DNA of 64,000 bases from positions 17,703,733-17,767,732 of the forward strand of contig MU059377.1 in the NCBI GenBank assembly GCA_013265495.1. The letters are read 5' to 3'. Made by a program: the position numbers and the translations under genes. Under the pieces are notes generated by a model. It ran no database searches. It saw only the letters and a list, made by a program, of their open reading frames with translations, and was not told the DNA's origin. This stretch comes from Vicugna vicugna. Taxonomy: Eukaryota. Below, in pieces: positions 1 through 13,539 of this stretch (its first letter is position 1; every line of letters starts with the position of its first letter).

Positions 1-247
1 TGAAGTCAACAATTTTATATCTCTTCTACTAGATAGCCCCCAGATCTGAACATTAGGCAGGTGTTCACACTCGTTAATATTTAAATAGAAGGAATAAGCA
101 TCCTCTCCACTGTGGGAAGCCTTGAGCCCTCCTGATGGGGCTTACACAATTCTGTCCATCTTCTGCTCCATCCTCTTCCTCCTTTATCCCCTTATGATTC
201 CTTTCCTATGTCCATTATTTTTTTTGGCCCATAATTATTATGATTCA

Positions 248-810
248 TATTAGTTTCCTATTTCTGTGTAACAAATTACCACCAACTTTAGTGGCTTAAA
301 ACAACACCCATTTATTAGCCAACAGATCTGGAGACTTGGGTGAGCTAGACTGGGTTCTACACTCAGGCCTAAAATTAAGGTACTGGCTGGGATAAGTTAT
401 TATTTGGAGTCTCTGAGAAAGAATCCAGTTTCAAACTCATTCGTGTTGGCGGAATTCAGTTCTTTATGGTTGTAGGACTAAGGTCCCTTCCAATATCTTT
501 GCTGGCTGTCAGCCAGGGGCCCCTCTCAATTTCTTAAGGCCACCACATCCCTTTTCACTTGATCCCATTCATCTTTGAAGAAACAATAGTTTCTCAGGCT
601 TCATGTCTCTCTTTCTTTTTTGCTACCTGCCAAAGAAAGCTCTCTTCTTTTCTAGACTCAAGTGATTAGATCAGATTTACCTGGATAATCTCCCCATCTC
701 AAGGGCAAGGAGAAGACATAAGTACGGGGTATTACCCCAACCTATTAGCAGATTCTGTAGATTAAGCTGGGGCACCACTGAGGGGGTCATTTTGGAAATT
801 CCACCTATCA
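248..810 (-). mobile_element. MaLR solo LTR, MLT1 family (MLT1D/E-like)
   Basis: Starts with tattagtttcctatttctgtgtaacaaattaccaccaactttagtggcttaaaacaacac, the reverse complement of the MLT1 3' terminus, followed by a typical MLT1 body. Subfamily not certain. Confidence 0.8.
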
Positions 811-3088
811 TATTTTTATTTATTCTGCAGAAGTTCCATGGGCACCAGGAGTATGTAATACATTTACTCAAAGTTTGGGTTAGCAGAGAGGACTATAACT
901 CAACATACAGAACAGATTAAAATAAAGTATCAGGTATCACTGTCCAGAAAAATTTTGACCTTGTTCCATGCTTTGGGGGATTTCTCAATGGCCTTGTCCT
1001 CAGCCTCCATTGCTTTTGTGGGACTCCTGCCCTTTTCTTTCCTTCATCTCTCTCTTTTTTTCCCAAATTTAGAGTATCTCAGTCATTAGATACTCCAGTT
1101 TCTGGATTAAAAACTTCCAAATGACTGCTTACTTTCACAAGCAGAACCACTTACTTAAAGACTCTCTTAGGAGAAAATTCAGAGTTGGGCAACTAAGGAA
1201 ATTCACTTTTCAAATCTAAATATGCCTATTAACAAAATGAGAAGTTTCTTCCTAAAAAGAATTTTTCCCTATCCCTACCATTTCAAACCACTTACACATT
1301 ATTACTCTTATAAACTCTTATACCAAAGTTTGTTTGTTATAAATTAGTGAACATTAAATAAAATAATGCATTAAAGTACTCAGTGTATTCTCAGAAACAT
1401 AGCTGGAAACAAATGTTGGCAAACATTTTTATCAAAGATGCAGTAGAGCAGTGGATCACTTATTATTCCTCAAATAACATCACTTAAAAATCTGCCTATA
1501 TGTACAGATGTAGAAATGCATTAAAGCTAGATGAATAGATGATAAAATTAAAAAAATAACAACAGAAACTAAAACTCCTTGAGCGAGATCTCTTGCAAGG
1601 ATTAATATAATGCCTTTTCTTATTTCGTCATTATATGAGTAGAAACGGCTAGACAGCCAGCAGAAGGAACACAACTTAACTTAGATTCTCCTCTCCCAAT
1701 AATTGAAGGTTTATGCACACCCTCGAGCCAGAGACCTTGTCTCCTGTGTTTTAGGTAATACAAAGTATGCAGTCAATGCTCGATAAGTAATAATAATTAA
1801 TATTGAGTCTCGCTCCCTGGGCAGTGCTCCCAGTATTGATGATGTCAGTGAGGATTACATCTCCCAGGAAAACATGTAGAATAAATTTCCTGGCTGGGCC
1901 CCAGTTAGAAGTAGAAGAGAGAAAGGAACTAAAGTGTATATATGCAATAAGCCTCAAAGTTCAGGAAAAACTATCACAAACACAGATGAATGCTCAATTC
2001 ACTTGTCCTCCTGTCTTTCTGACCCCTTTCCTTCCTTTTAGATGATATATGTTTCATTCCAACACCCATAAATCCATACCCCAAACTAAGAAATAAAACA
2101 TTAGCAAATAATGAGCAAAATGCCTAACAACAGGGAAATCGAGGTACAGACAAAGAGTTGATGCTGGCCAGACATCTGGAGTTGGCTTTGGAGGCCCCCC
2201 ACTATGCTAAAGGGGACAACACTTCAGTGCCTGGGTACTGAAGACAGCTGGGCAGGGAGAGGTACAGATGAGGGATTTGGGGAGGCTGGGGAGAGAGGAT
2301 GCTCACAGGAGCTAGAGCAGCAGCTATTTAACAACTAGGGTGGAATTAGTTCAATCGCTTAAGAGCCTCTCTCCAAAACTAAAGCACTGCTGTGAAGTTT
2401 ACATCATTATTTTATTATGCACATATATAAACTCACACCCACACACATATACATATTTCATGATTATTAAGCATTTTAAAAGAGAATATCTTTCAATAAA
2501 TTTGTAAAGGACATTCACTGCAGGAGTTTTTATGTAATAAGAAGAACTTGCCTGTTTAATTAAAAAATCCAATAACTAAGTTTCAGAGCTCTGTTAGGTA
2601 TGCAGGGAACTGGGAAATGGAATTTTAGGGGACATCAGTGATCCAAGTTCAGTGAAAATGAAACAAGCAGATCAACTCTATCTGTGTCTACCCATCCATC
2701 TATCATCTGTACCCATACACAATCAGGTCTCCTTTGTTTTAGTCTCTTTCACTTTACGAAGTTTGATCAGTCATTAATATTTCATGACCTCTAGTCTCCC
2801 TCATATCCTTGTACTGGTTTTGAGCATGACTAGAGTATTGAGCCAGTAGGGAAGATCAGCACTTAGTCCTCACTATCTTGGTCCAGTCGTCTCAGTGGAA
2901 AGACATGTCTGGATGCCAACACATTCATAAGATCATCCTATGGAACTCAAACCCATCCTACAATATGGCTATTTTTCAATCAGCAGTGATCTTTGTTACA
3001 CAAAAATATATCAAATACTACTTTTATTTCTGTTAAAATTAATTAAGTTAGTTAATAAAAAATTAAATTAGTTAATAAAAAAATTTCA

Positions 3089-3190
3089 GGGGGTGGGGAT
3101 AGCTCAGTGGTAGAGCATACAGTTAGCATGCATGAGATCCTGGGCTCAATCCCCAGTACCTCCATTAAAAAAAATAAAAATAAAAAGTAA
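3089..3190 (+). mobile_element. Camelid tRNA-derived SINE (vic-1 type)
   Basis: ggggtggggatagctcagtggtagagc...gagatcctgggctcaatccccagtacctcc plus A-rich tail. Has an A-box (tagctcagtgg) and a B-box-like ggctcaatcc, but no tRNA 3' acceptor arm. Confidence 0.9.
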
Positions 3191-4308
3191 AATTTTGTGT
3201 AACTGAGACTCAGAATGGGCCTTTCTTAATAAGTGAGTCCTGGAGGTCTGAAGTCAGATATTTGTCATGATAGCGTCTATGATTATTTTGTATTTTTGGT
3301 GGTGGTGCTACTGCTGTTGTGAACCTCAGCTCTGCAGTGCCCCTCTTTGTTAACATTCCCATCATCCAGACTGAGTTTCCTGCCTGAACTGCTGCATCCC
3401 TAGATGGCAAACACAGCTCCGAGGTCAATCTATAGCTTCACTAATGACAATTCTGATCACATACCAGATGTGAAGCTTAGTGAATAAAATATCCTCCTTC
3501 AGAACAAACATCCTCTATATATGTCTCTGTATATGAATATCCATGTCTGCATGGACCTAAAAAAATGATCACAGAAACCCTGTTTTATTTTCTGAGCCAA
3601 TATCCACTCTGATAATTGCTGATTTTCTTTTGAAAACAACAGAAATAAGCATTTCAAATCAGTGTTACCACAGAAATTCCCAAACCTATGATTATTTTGA
3701 AGAAAATACTCTGACACTTTGCATAACTTCATTTTAACTCTCAGTAAATCTATATTCAGACTTCTGTAGTCAGTATTTTGTATTCTGACATGGAAAGCTG
3801 AGAATATGGGGGATGGTGGTTACTGACAAGTGGGTAACATGAAAGGAGTTGGTGGGGTAAACTTACAAAAAAAAAGCATGATAAAGAGAATATTTACCCA
3901 ACATATTAGCTATTAAAATTTAGCGTACACTCCATGAGAGATACAGAAATTCTTTAATTTGCTGAGTTTTTCTTCGGTAAGAACTCAGTTATTTTTGATG
4001 CATTCTTTCTATAGGCCATTTAAACAATAAAAGCTACTTTCCTTTAAACAAGTTCAGGCTAAGATTTCAGACATAGGTAACTTACTGTTTACATGCTGTA
4101 TCCTGCCAAATTCTGGGTGTTGATCTAGAGAATCTGTGACAGAGAAAAACTTCAATGTTTACCAACTCACTTTGAATTGTAATTTTTTGTTTGGGATGTA
4201 TGATTTTTTTTTTCCCAAATAAACTTTATGAGAAAATCCTACCTTACTGAATTTCAGTATATATATTTTGTGTATATCTGTTTGGGGTTTTTGTGGGGGG
4301 TTTTTTGC

Positions 4309-4417
4309 TTTTTTTTTTTATGAAGGGGAGGTAATTAGGTTTATTAATTTATTTACATTTGGAGGAGGTACTATGGATAGAACCCATGTGCTCTACCACT
4401 TGAGCTGTACCCTCCCC
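4309..4417 (-). mobile_element. Camelid vic-1-type SINE with internal deletion
   Basis: Reverse complement reads ggggagggtacagctcaagtggtagagcacatgggttctatccatagtacctcctcc...aaacctaattacctcccc plus poly(A). About 20 nt between the A and B boxes is missing relative to the copies at 3089 and 23614. Confidence 0.85.
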
Positions 4418-6789
4418 ATTTTGTAAATGAATGAGTAAAGAATGTAAGATTTCTACTACAGCTTCATTTTTGAGGATTTTTAAAAAAGAAGTCTTGCATT
4501 ATTATTATTTAATATTTCTTGCTTTGATGATTAACATAATTAAGTTAACCAAAAAGATCAAGTTTATATGCATCCCAATATTCAGTCAATGCAATCTGTC
4601 ACTGAATTTTATGTATTGCCTTCAATTGAGAACAACTGAGGATAAAATGCACAAGAAGCTCCCCTCCCTTCTCATGGCTGCAACTCTTGGCAGCCTGACC
4701 ACAGCAACAGCTTACCTGGCAGAGATGTTCCGAAAGAAATTGTGAATTGCCAGGCTCTTGTCCCCTCTCCTGGCATTTTCTTCTGAATTGATTTATTTCT
4801 TACCACTAGGTATGCTTGCTTTTTAAAATGAGGTATGTTAGTCATTTTGGGAGCAGGAGGGATAACCTCCTGACTCTAAACTCAACAATTACAAGCCCTC
4901 TTCCTGACTAACTCTGATAAAATATTCTTTTCTTCAGTCAGTGGTGGAGTACTGCATTTACTGAGTCAGAAGAAAATGATGTATGTTTTCCGTGCTGGAA
5001 ATTCTAGTATGTAGCTCTTTCCTGTTTCGCCATACATTTTATTTGTTGAAGCTAGATGGAATACTAGGTTTTTAATGGTTTATGAATTTATCAAAAAGAA
5101 ATCATTTTAAAAAATATTTATTTTATGGTTAGGATGTCACTAAGATTTTTATAGTGATCTAAGTGCTTTAAAGTCAGTTGGGAAAAATTAATAATTTTAG
5201 AACATTTACCTTTGATAAAATATAAAGGAGTCATTATTTAATGTAAAGGAGTCATTATTTAATTTTAAAGACAATAGCAAATGTAAATTTTACTTAAAAC
5301 ATAATGATGGTTTAAAGTCAACTCCCAAAGTCCCAGTGCTATTTGTTTGCTTGGTTATATAACACACTGAAGGATTTTTCACTAGAAATTATTAATGTTT
5401 TATGGTCAACTGAAGACATTAAAAATCAAATAGGTCATACTATTTTTTAATCTCAATCCTTATATTAATAGGAAAAATTTTAAACCAGTTGAAATTGGCC
5501 TTTATAGCCATTCTGTGATTGAGAAAACCAATTCAGGGTATTAATGCCAATATATGTGAAATCATTCCCAGCTCAGTGCCACAGATGGAAACTCCTGCAC
5601 TCAGAAATCAGGGCTATTTTAAATATTAATACTCCTTCCAGGATGCCTTCGTGGAAGTTTATGTCAATCATGTCAAACCCCCAATGACTCTTTCCAGCTG
5701 GAAGGGTCTCATTGGATTGGAGTAGCAGACCTCCACCAACTCTGAACACGTACAATTTCTTTCAATAAAAGTAATCCTGTACTTAAGCTGTGATACATAG
5801 AATCATATTTCAGATTATGTGTGGTTACTGAGCTCATAAGTGATTTACAAAATGTTTTAAAGCTTATCCAATAAACATTTTAAAGACTGAACATTCACAG
5901 AAGTGGAGATAAGCCCCCAAATGTTTTAACTTAAAAAAAAAAACTGGAGAGAAAAAGAGGTATTTTCTGAAGTTATTCTTTTATCAGGCAGCTTGGGTAA
6001 GAGAGAAGTGCTACTAAATAGTCCAGGAACACATACTTAAACTGCATTCTGTGATTTTCCTATTAATATGCAGTGATTGAATGTCATTAGATGACCTACG
6101 AGATGTGAAATAAGCACAATTTGGGGAAGAGAGCTTCACAGAACCCCGTTATCACTAAGGTGACAAGAACCTCACATGGTTATTGAAAAAGAAGAGTGGA
6201 TACATTGGTGTGGAATTGTTTAGACTTCCTGATATCAACTGAATCTGGCTCTTGGCTTGTGGCCTTACACAGCATGCTGGTGAGAAGCCCGTGGTGTAGA
6301 CCCGCAACTGCATGTGGCTTTTGGAGTGTTCTCCATGGCTCAGTGGTGGGGTGGGCACAACAGCTTACTGCAGCTTTACTTTAAAGATGATAAGTATTTC
6401 CTGGTTAGGGGAATGCTTTGGGAAGAAACGAGCAGCATGTACTTTTTTTGTTAGAAGCCAAGGAAATCTTTCAAACAGGGAATTTGCTGCTGTCAGTGGA
6501 GGACTAGACTTATCTATTTATCATTGAGAATTTCCCTTTTTGTAGAGGATGACCATCTAGGGTCTTAAATAAGAGATTCTAATACAGAGCACAGGAGTAA
6601 GCATAAATCTACCCATTCCTATGAGATCAGTTAGTTTTGCTTCTAGTGTAACTTTTTTTTCATTTTTTTTTTTTGTCAGAGGCAGAGGGAGGTGAACGGA
6701 TGAGGGTAAGGAGACAATAGACTTTTCTCATTAAAACTTAGAAGCTATTTTCATGGAAAAATTATAATTGTTCTATCAACTACCATTTA

Positions 6790-7000
6790 TTAAACCTGGT
6801 AACTTTTACTCTTTACCTCACTGAATACTCACAAGCTGTCAGGAAAGGTGAGGTGTTAGTTTTCTCATTTTATAGACGTGGACACTGATGCTCAGTGAAG
6901 GACAGTTAACTTGACCAAGATCACATATCTACCTGGATCATGGTAGGATTCAAAACCGGAATGCTGGATCCCTGAGACCAGCCTTTCCTCCCACTTCCTT
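6790..7000 (-). mobile_element. MIR SINE fragment
   Basis: ctcattttatagacgtggacactgatgctcagtgaaggacagttaacttgaccaagatcacat matches the MIR core in reverse orientation. Confidence 0.75.
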
Positions 7001-8812
7001 GAAGACTTTCCTGAGCTCAAGATGTGTTTAAAGATTTCTTGGGTGTGACATGAGGTCGGAGATCTCTCTGACCTACTGCGACCAGTCTCTATGTAACATG
7101 TCGGTGAGATGGGATTTCTGCATTGACCAGCGGGTATGGTCAGTGGGCTGTTTGAAGTTTGGTATACTTACAACTTGGCTGTTACTATTTCCTGATCATT
7201 GTTCACCTCTCTTTTGTAGCCTGTTTTTACTGCAGTCTGAAAGGTCGATGGCTACCATAGAGACAGCATAACATGCCAATAACAACATAAGATATGCACG
7301 TGGATTATACTTTATAGGGAACTATAAACACAACAATGGAGCCTACAAGTCGGGTACCCCTTGTACCAATATCTCTCATGCTTATAGGAACTGAGAACAA
7401 TCTGAAACTTCGAGTGAAATGGTATATTTTTATCAAGCCAATTAAATTGGTGATCAGCACCATGACTGTCAAAAGGCATTATTGCCTACTCTGTATTTTT
7501 AAATGTCCAATTATTCTTTTTCTCTTCTGGACTTTCAGTTTTAAATGAAGTTAAGTGCTAAAGTTTGACCATATTGATTATAGCCTGCATTAATCTTTCA
7601 AAATAAGCATTAGATCTCAAAAGACCTCATTTAAATCAAGTACAAAGAACAAGTATCCACTCTTTGGCATTCCTGAAACAGTATTTCATGCTTTCAATAT
7701 ATATGCACTTTAGAAAACTGTAAAGGCCAAGCACTCCCTCTCTATCATTGTGATTAGACTTGTAAATGCTGTGACAGTTAGATCCTAAAATCCTTCAGGA
7801 TTCATCCTTGAAACAAAGAGCCAAGGACTTACGTTGAGGAGAAAGGGAGGTGAGGAATGTATTAGAATCTGTCTTATGTTTTAGTGGTTGGGAAGAAGAG
7901 GGCCTGGACCAACTTCCCTTTGGCTAGTGTGACTGTAGGAAACCCAAGATTCCTGCTAAAATCCCCGGCTGGACAATATTCACATCAGTGCTATGTCTCA
8001 CTTTCATTGATTTCAATTCAGATGGAGACATTTAGGGGTTTGGGGAATGATTTAAAATCTTTCTTAAGCATCAACATAAATGGACACATAGATGGAATAG
8101 AAAATGGGAAGCTGAGGAAAAAACTTGTGTTTTGAAATTACTCAAAATTCTGACTCAGCTCCGTGGCCACAGAACATAATTTCACTGGCAAGGTCCTACA
8201 GGAGGGTCTTTTCCAGGCAGAGGAAATAGCCCAGGTATGGAAGTTTTTCTTATATTGATTTGCCAATACAAAAACAATCCCGTTTAGTGTTCTGGCCTGT
8301 CTTTTAAATACATATAGCTTGCAATTAGTCACTTGTTAGCTGTTTCACCTTCATGCTATAAAATATTACTATGAATGAGTCTCTCAAATAAGACAGTTAG
8401 CCTCTTGATGCTAGTTTGACATTTTAAAAGGATTACTGTAAAGATCAGCATTAATCAAATCAGCTCAAAGACTGGACCATAACAACCCCAAGGAAAACAG
8501 TCATATTGGGTGAAAAACTTATTCCCTGATTTTCTTTCAGATCCTATAATTCAAATGCTTGTGGTTTGTTTTTCTCGTTCAGTATTTCTCATCCTGCATG
8601 GAATGACCTGATCCCCTTTGGAGCCGGGCTTGTTTAGGTCAGTTAATGGTGACTACAGAGATGTGGTAGAGACATGGTGACCACGTCCACTGTGACCACG
8701 TTCCTGTGACGGTATTAAGACTAACCCTCTCAGCAGTATCAGGAAGAGGGCGAGTTTGTCTTTGGTGCTTCTCCTCTGATTGCTTTCCTTCTCTTCCCTC
8801 TGCCTCGACCAG

Positions 8813-8869
8813 CTACAGGAACAGCTAGCTTGAACCTTCCTGGCCATTAAAATGATCAGCTGAGGCAGT
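8813..8869 (+). other. Candidate non-coding exon (57 nt)
   Basis: Branch-like ctctgat, a long pyrimidine tract (tgctttccttctcttccctctgcctcgaccag) and donor AGT|gtaagt. All three frames contain stops. No transcript evidence. Confidence 0.25.
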
Positions 8870-9779
8870 GTAAGTGGTCGCTTAAAACTGCAGTCAGTTT
8901 CTTTGTTATGCTGTGATCATGGAAAGACTCCTTCCCCTTGTCCTCATTTGGAAATGTCTTAATTTCTGCCAAGATTGGGATTATTGGCCTAATATCAAAG
9001 AAAGTAAAAATGAAGGGTATTGTTGATTGAGGAGATCATCTCCCCATCTAGTTCTGCTGGGACCTGAGAAAGAGACACTGTGGTAAATAACTTGAATTTT
9101 CATCTCTGTGTTAATCCTTGCACAAAAGCAATGTCCTGAATTCAACTTCCAGAATATAGTTTTACTGTCTGTGCAGCTGTCTTTTTATCAACAACTTAGT
9201 ATAGTGAACTGTAGTTTTAGACTGTTCTCTTTAACTAATGTGCTTTAGTGTCATTTATTTAGGAATTTATCATTAAGAAGTAAGAGAATCCTCTCCCAGA
9301 AGCCTCTAGGAATCTCTTCTCTGTCCACGTTCACCTGGCTGTAACTCCCTCTGGAGGTTAAGGACTCGCTTCACTTCCATCTTCTGTAGCTTTTCCTAGT
9401 TTCCCTCACAAAGAAGTGGACCCCAGGAAATACTGCTCCAATGATAATGATTCCAGACTTACAGGTGTTTCAAGAAAATGTCTGTGCTGCTATCAAAAAT
9501 CACCAGCAATTCCTGCATGCTACAGCAAATATGGAACAGAAGGGACTCTAGGCTCCAGTATCTCCTAAGCTAAAGGGCAACCTACCCCCATCACGCTCTA
9601 CAGCTGTGGTGACACTCAGGTGCAGTACGCTGGTGTTCCCACCCTCTCTCTTGCTGCCCCTCAAGTGTGGTGTTGGAGAGGATGCCTTGGTGAGGAGGAA
9701 AGGCCATCTTTTAAGTCTTTAGAGCAGGGGCAAGTCAGGAAATATCAGATCAGCATTTTCACCTACATATTTTATGTCT

Positions 9780-9870
9780 TGTGTATTTCCATTCGCCCAG
9801 ACTTGAGCACAGAGCTTAGCATCTCCAAGGCACTTAATACATTTTGTGGAACAGATGAATCAGCGAGTGC
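9780..9870 (+). mobile_element. L2 LINE 3' end fragment
   Basis: agcacagagcttagcatctccaaggcacttaatacattttgtggaacagatgaat resembles the L2 3' terminus. Confidence 0.6.
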
Positions 9871-11179
9871 CCTGACACTTCATTCTTACCATGCTGCTTG
9901 TCTCTGCCCCTCCTAAATTTGCTACTTAGTATGTGCTCTCTCCTTCAAGTATCTTTTTCTTCTGGAAACAGTTATCCTTTCTCCTAGGTGTACCCAGGCT
10001 GCCTCTTCCTCTGTTTACATTACTTCCTTCTCTCCCTATGTCAGCTCTGGAAGCTGGACCCCATGCTTATCCCTGACTCTGCATTTCATCACCAACGTCT
10101 GAGAAACCAGTTTACAACTTACTGAATGATTAGGTCTGCAAGGAATGAAATTAGGACCCTGGTGAAAATCCAAACTACTGTCCAGTAAATTAGAACCACA
10201 CTTACACAAGAGTTTGGCCATTAAGAAAACTCCATTCTCCACCCTGATTTTTGGAAAAGTTGTGAAGAACTGAGTTTACTAGCCAAATGGCCTTTTTGAA
10301 AACAGGGCAACACTGCAAACATTCGACCACAAACTGTATTTTCTAATATCTGTTTTTTTTTTTTCCCACTGCTATTAGCAAACTGTCTAGTCTTTAAAGC
10401 ATGGCCACATGACCTCCCCAAGCAGGGTAGGGGTGTTTTACGGAACATAACTTTGCCACCATCAGCATCTGCACTGAGATGCCCATTCTAGCCACAGGTT
10501 CATCTCCAATGTGTGTTCCCGGTTCCAATTCTGTAATCAGAGAATCTCTGGAGTTGTGAAGAAAAATGAGATCAGATTTTTAAAATGTCTAGCCCAGTGT
10601 GAAACAGAGAGATACTCAATTTATGACAGCTCATTTAACCACCATCAGTCTGGCAGGAACTTACTGTGGTCCAATGGAAAACCTGCTACTGTATTTACAT
10701 CTGCCATTATTCTCATTGAGCAAATCCTGCATTTCCTGAGAAGCATTGCTGACTCTTCCCATCCCTACTGTCACTTTCTTCTCTCAGAGTCTCATCACTT
10801 TCCTGTGGAGGCGTTAATATTGCTCCTTGCAATCAGGCTTCCTTACTTTAGTTCATTTTCCACAGTGCTCGTAGAATTTGCTCCTGAAAGTAAGCCTTAT
10901 TAGCACACTTCCTTCCTTTCAATCTTTTGATCGGCTCTCTCTTGCCTAGTAAACTGCTTGATTTATTCTAAGTCTCCTCCAGGCCTTTTATCTCCTAATA
11001 CACATTGTGAATCTCTAAGATAGGGACATATGTCACAGTTTTACTAATGCAGTCTCCAGTAAAACTTTATTTTTCAGAGAGCATGTTTAGGCAATAATTT
11101 TTACACAGGAATACATAGGGCAATGCTGGCTTACAGCAGTTAATGGTCAAACTCTTTGGTGCAAACACACAAAATCTGT

Positions 11180-11660
11180 TGGCAAATCCCCTCTCAAATC
11201 TCAGCTTCTCTCTGCTTCGTTCCCACCTTTTTCTTCCAAAACCGCTGTTCTCAAACAACTGTCTTTGAGGTTCTTTCCCTCCTTCTGCAGGTAATATTGG
11301 CTTCTGAAGCATTCTCCCCTAGTCTCCTATCACACTTCTCCTTCTACTCAAAATCTGTTCCACTCAGTGACCTACTGATTCTCTAAGAAACAACTCAAAT
11401 GCTATTTTCTCTGAAGCTGTTACATTCTTCTATCTCCTGAGCAACGTGGCTACTTTGGGAGTTTAAAAGGAAGAATAAACTAGGTTCATACTCCTTATAA
11501 CTGCATCACATTGCTATGTGAAACTCTGCCTCACTCATCAAAAATAAACTCCATATGGGCAGGCATTGGCCATGGTACATTCTTTTTGTAGCTCCTTTTC
11601 TAGTTTATTGCCTAATATATATAAAGATGACGTGTAGTGAATGTTTACTAAAATATTTGC
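11180..11660 (+). mobile_element. Degraded L2 LINE fragments
   Basis: Pyrimidine-rich L2-like body, ending in the L2 terminus-like tgacgtgtagtgaatgtttactaaaatatttgctaaat. Confidence 0.45.
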
Positions 11661-13539
11661 TAAATACGCTACAGATAGAAGATAAAACCGTATTTGTCAC
11701 ACGCACACATACAAACTGTTACCAAGCAACGCAGTCAATGATTTTTATCTTCAGGAAAGCAAGCATTTACTTCACAGGTCCATCAATCTTTGGAAATCCT
11801 GATTTCTCTGTTTCTCATCATACACATCCTATAAACTGTACTCCTCAGGGACCATAAACTTTCCAATGTCACTGTAGAATATCCTGCTTAACAAGGACTT
11901 GGCTGTTCTATCTTGTGCCAAAGTCAACATGACAGCATCCCCCCAGTTGACTTGTAAGGCTCTTCTCGGGCTCCCCACAGGCAGCTCCTGTGCAGAAGGG
12001 CAAGAGGAACCTCACATCCCTTTTCTGAAAACACAGTCTGTCATTATTCACTGATAGTCCTCCAGGCAATGCCCACTCCTAGCTCAGACTGCCACTCGAT
12101 AACAATTTCTGTAGAAGAGCAGCTGTTCCACATCATATGCCTCTCCGTGAACAGCGCCCAGGTACTGCCATTCCAATTGTTTTATGAATGTGCTAGAGAG
12201 ATGGTAGGTTGCCAAAGACAGCATCCACAGGATTGTTTGAAATAACGCCCCAGACATAAAAGGAAAGAAAAAAAAATCCCTCACAGATTGCACTGTGTAC
12301 AATTCTGGCTGTGTTGCACATCCTCTGCAGCTGTGCATTCATGATGCTACATTTAAGTAGAAATCTGTGAAAAAAATTAGTCAACAGGAGATGAGAGTTT
12401 GGTGGCCATTGTAAGGATTTGGCTGCAGTGGTTGCCAAGATCCATCCAGAATGAGCTCTGCTTGTCTCATAATCAACTGGAAGTAGGCTATGACCCCTTG
12501 CTGGAATTTAATCTTTTCATCCATTGTATGATCTTTTTTCCAAAATTTAGCACATATTTTTTTTTTATGAAAAGGATTACCGTTACTTTGTGCTGATTCT
12601 TTTAGAATCACAACTGTCTTAAAGTTGGGATTTTTTAACCGTCATGAAGAGAGAAACTTTCCCAAACGTGTATGTGTCACCCTAGTACTTCTTATGCTCC
12701 CCCGCCTCACTCTGAGGAAACCGATAGTAAAATTGCAATTAATGAGGAAGACGCCTGCTCAGTTGAAATGTATAAGATCAGTTGCTTATCAGCAGGATGC
12801 AAATCCAAGTTTCAGAGGCACCACCAATTTCTCATTGTCAGACAGAAGAATATTTCAAACTCTGCCTAATGAAAAAGGAAAATAAAATATCCCATGAATC
12901 CCTCAGTTGATGAAGAAAGGAATATGAAACACAATGACTATCGGAAGAGAAAAGAAAAACTTCTTTGGGTTGTTGCAAAATGCCTTGTTTTTAAAGATAT
13001 GTAAAAGCTAACACTTTGAGTAAGTTCTCTATTTAGAACTCAGCAATATCTCTGGAAAGTAAAGATTACCTTAGCTAATCTCACAATGCTTGGCCTTTTC
13101 AAGGATGTTACTATAGTGTGCCAACAGAGTTCAGCAGATCCATTAACATTTTCCCCGCAAAGCACGATTATCTTTCTCCAGAAACCTGTGAAGCTGAGAT
13201 TTGTCTCAATCTTATTTGCCAATTACACACTTCAAATATTTGTATAGTCCTGAAAATAGAGATGGTCATTACATTCCATGTCTTTCTCATATATGTTGAG
13301 TATTTTAGCATATTTGAAAAATTTCATCCGAACCATTTCTCCAAACTCACCTCCAGTTTGGAGCAACATCTAATCTCTGGTTTGCTCGTCTCTTTCTTTC
13401 CCCTCCAATTCTAGTTTAGAATCTTAAGAGTTACTCTTTCCATGAAAGTTCTCATCACCACTTGGGTGCATCATTACTTAGTTTACAAGATGTTAATCTG
13501 TGCTAGAGTTGTGCCTCTTTAAATGTTTTTCTTCATATT

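Noticed and set aside
3089-3165. tRNA gene
   Set aside because: It has A/B boxes but no complete cloverleaf, ends in an A-rich tail and has two relatives in the window. It is a SINE.
3210-3428. 72-aa minus-strand ORF as a terminal exon
   Set aside because: No convincing acceptor and no recognised homology.
7270-7400. Frame HANNNIRYARGLYFIGNYKHNNGAYKSGTPC resembling the end of a CAP/CRISP domain
   Set aside because: Only YKSGTPC fits. The cysteine pattern is missing and stops flank it.
10511-10903. 130-aa plus-strand ORF
   Set aside because: It runs through a MIR-like fragment (about 10560-10650) and has no domain-like composition.
12399-12596. LRR-like ELCLSHNQL motif
   Set aside because: A single short match with wrong upstream spacing and no neighbouring repeats.
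12790-12870. Kinase-like NILLSDNEKLVVPLKLGFAS on the minus strand
   Set aside because: No HRD or DFG motif, stops on both sides and no other kinase subdomains.
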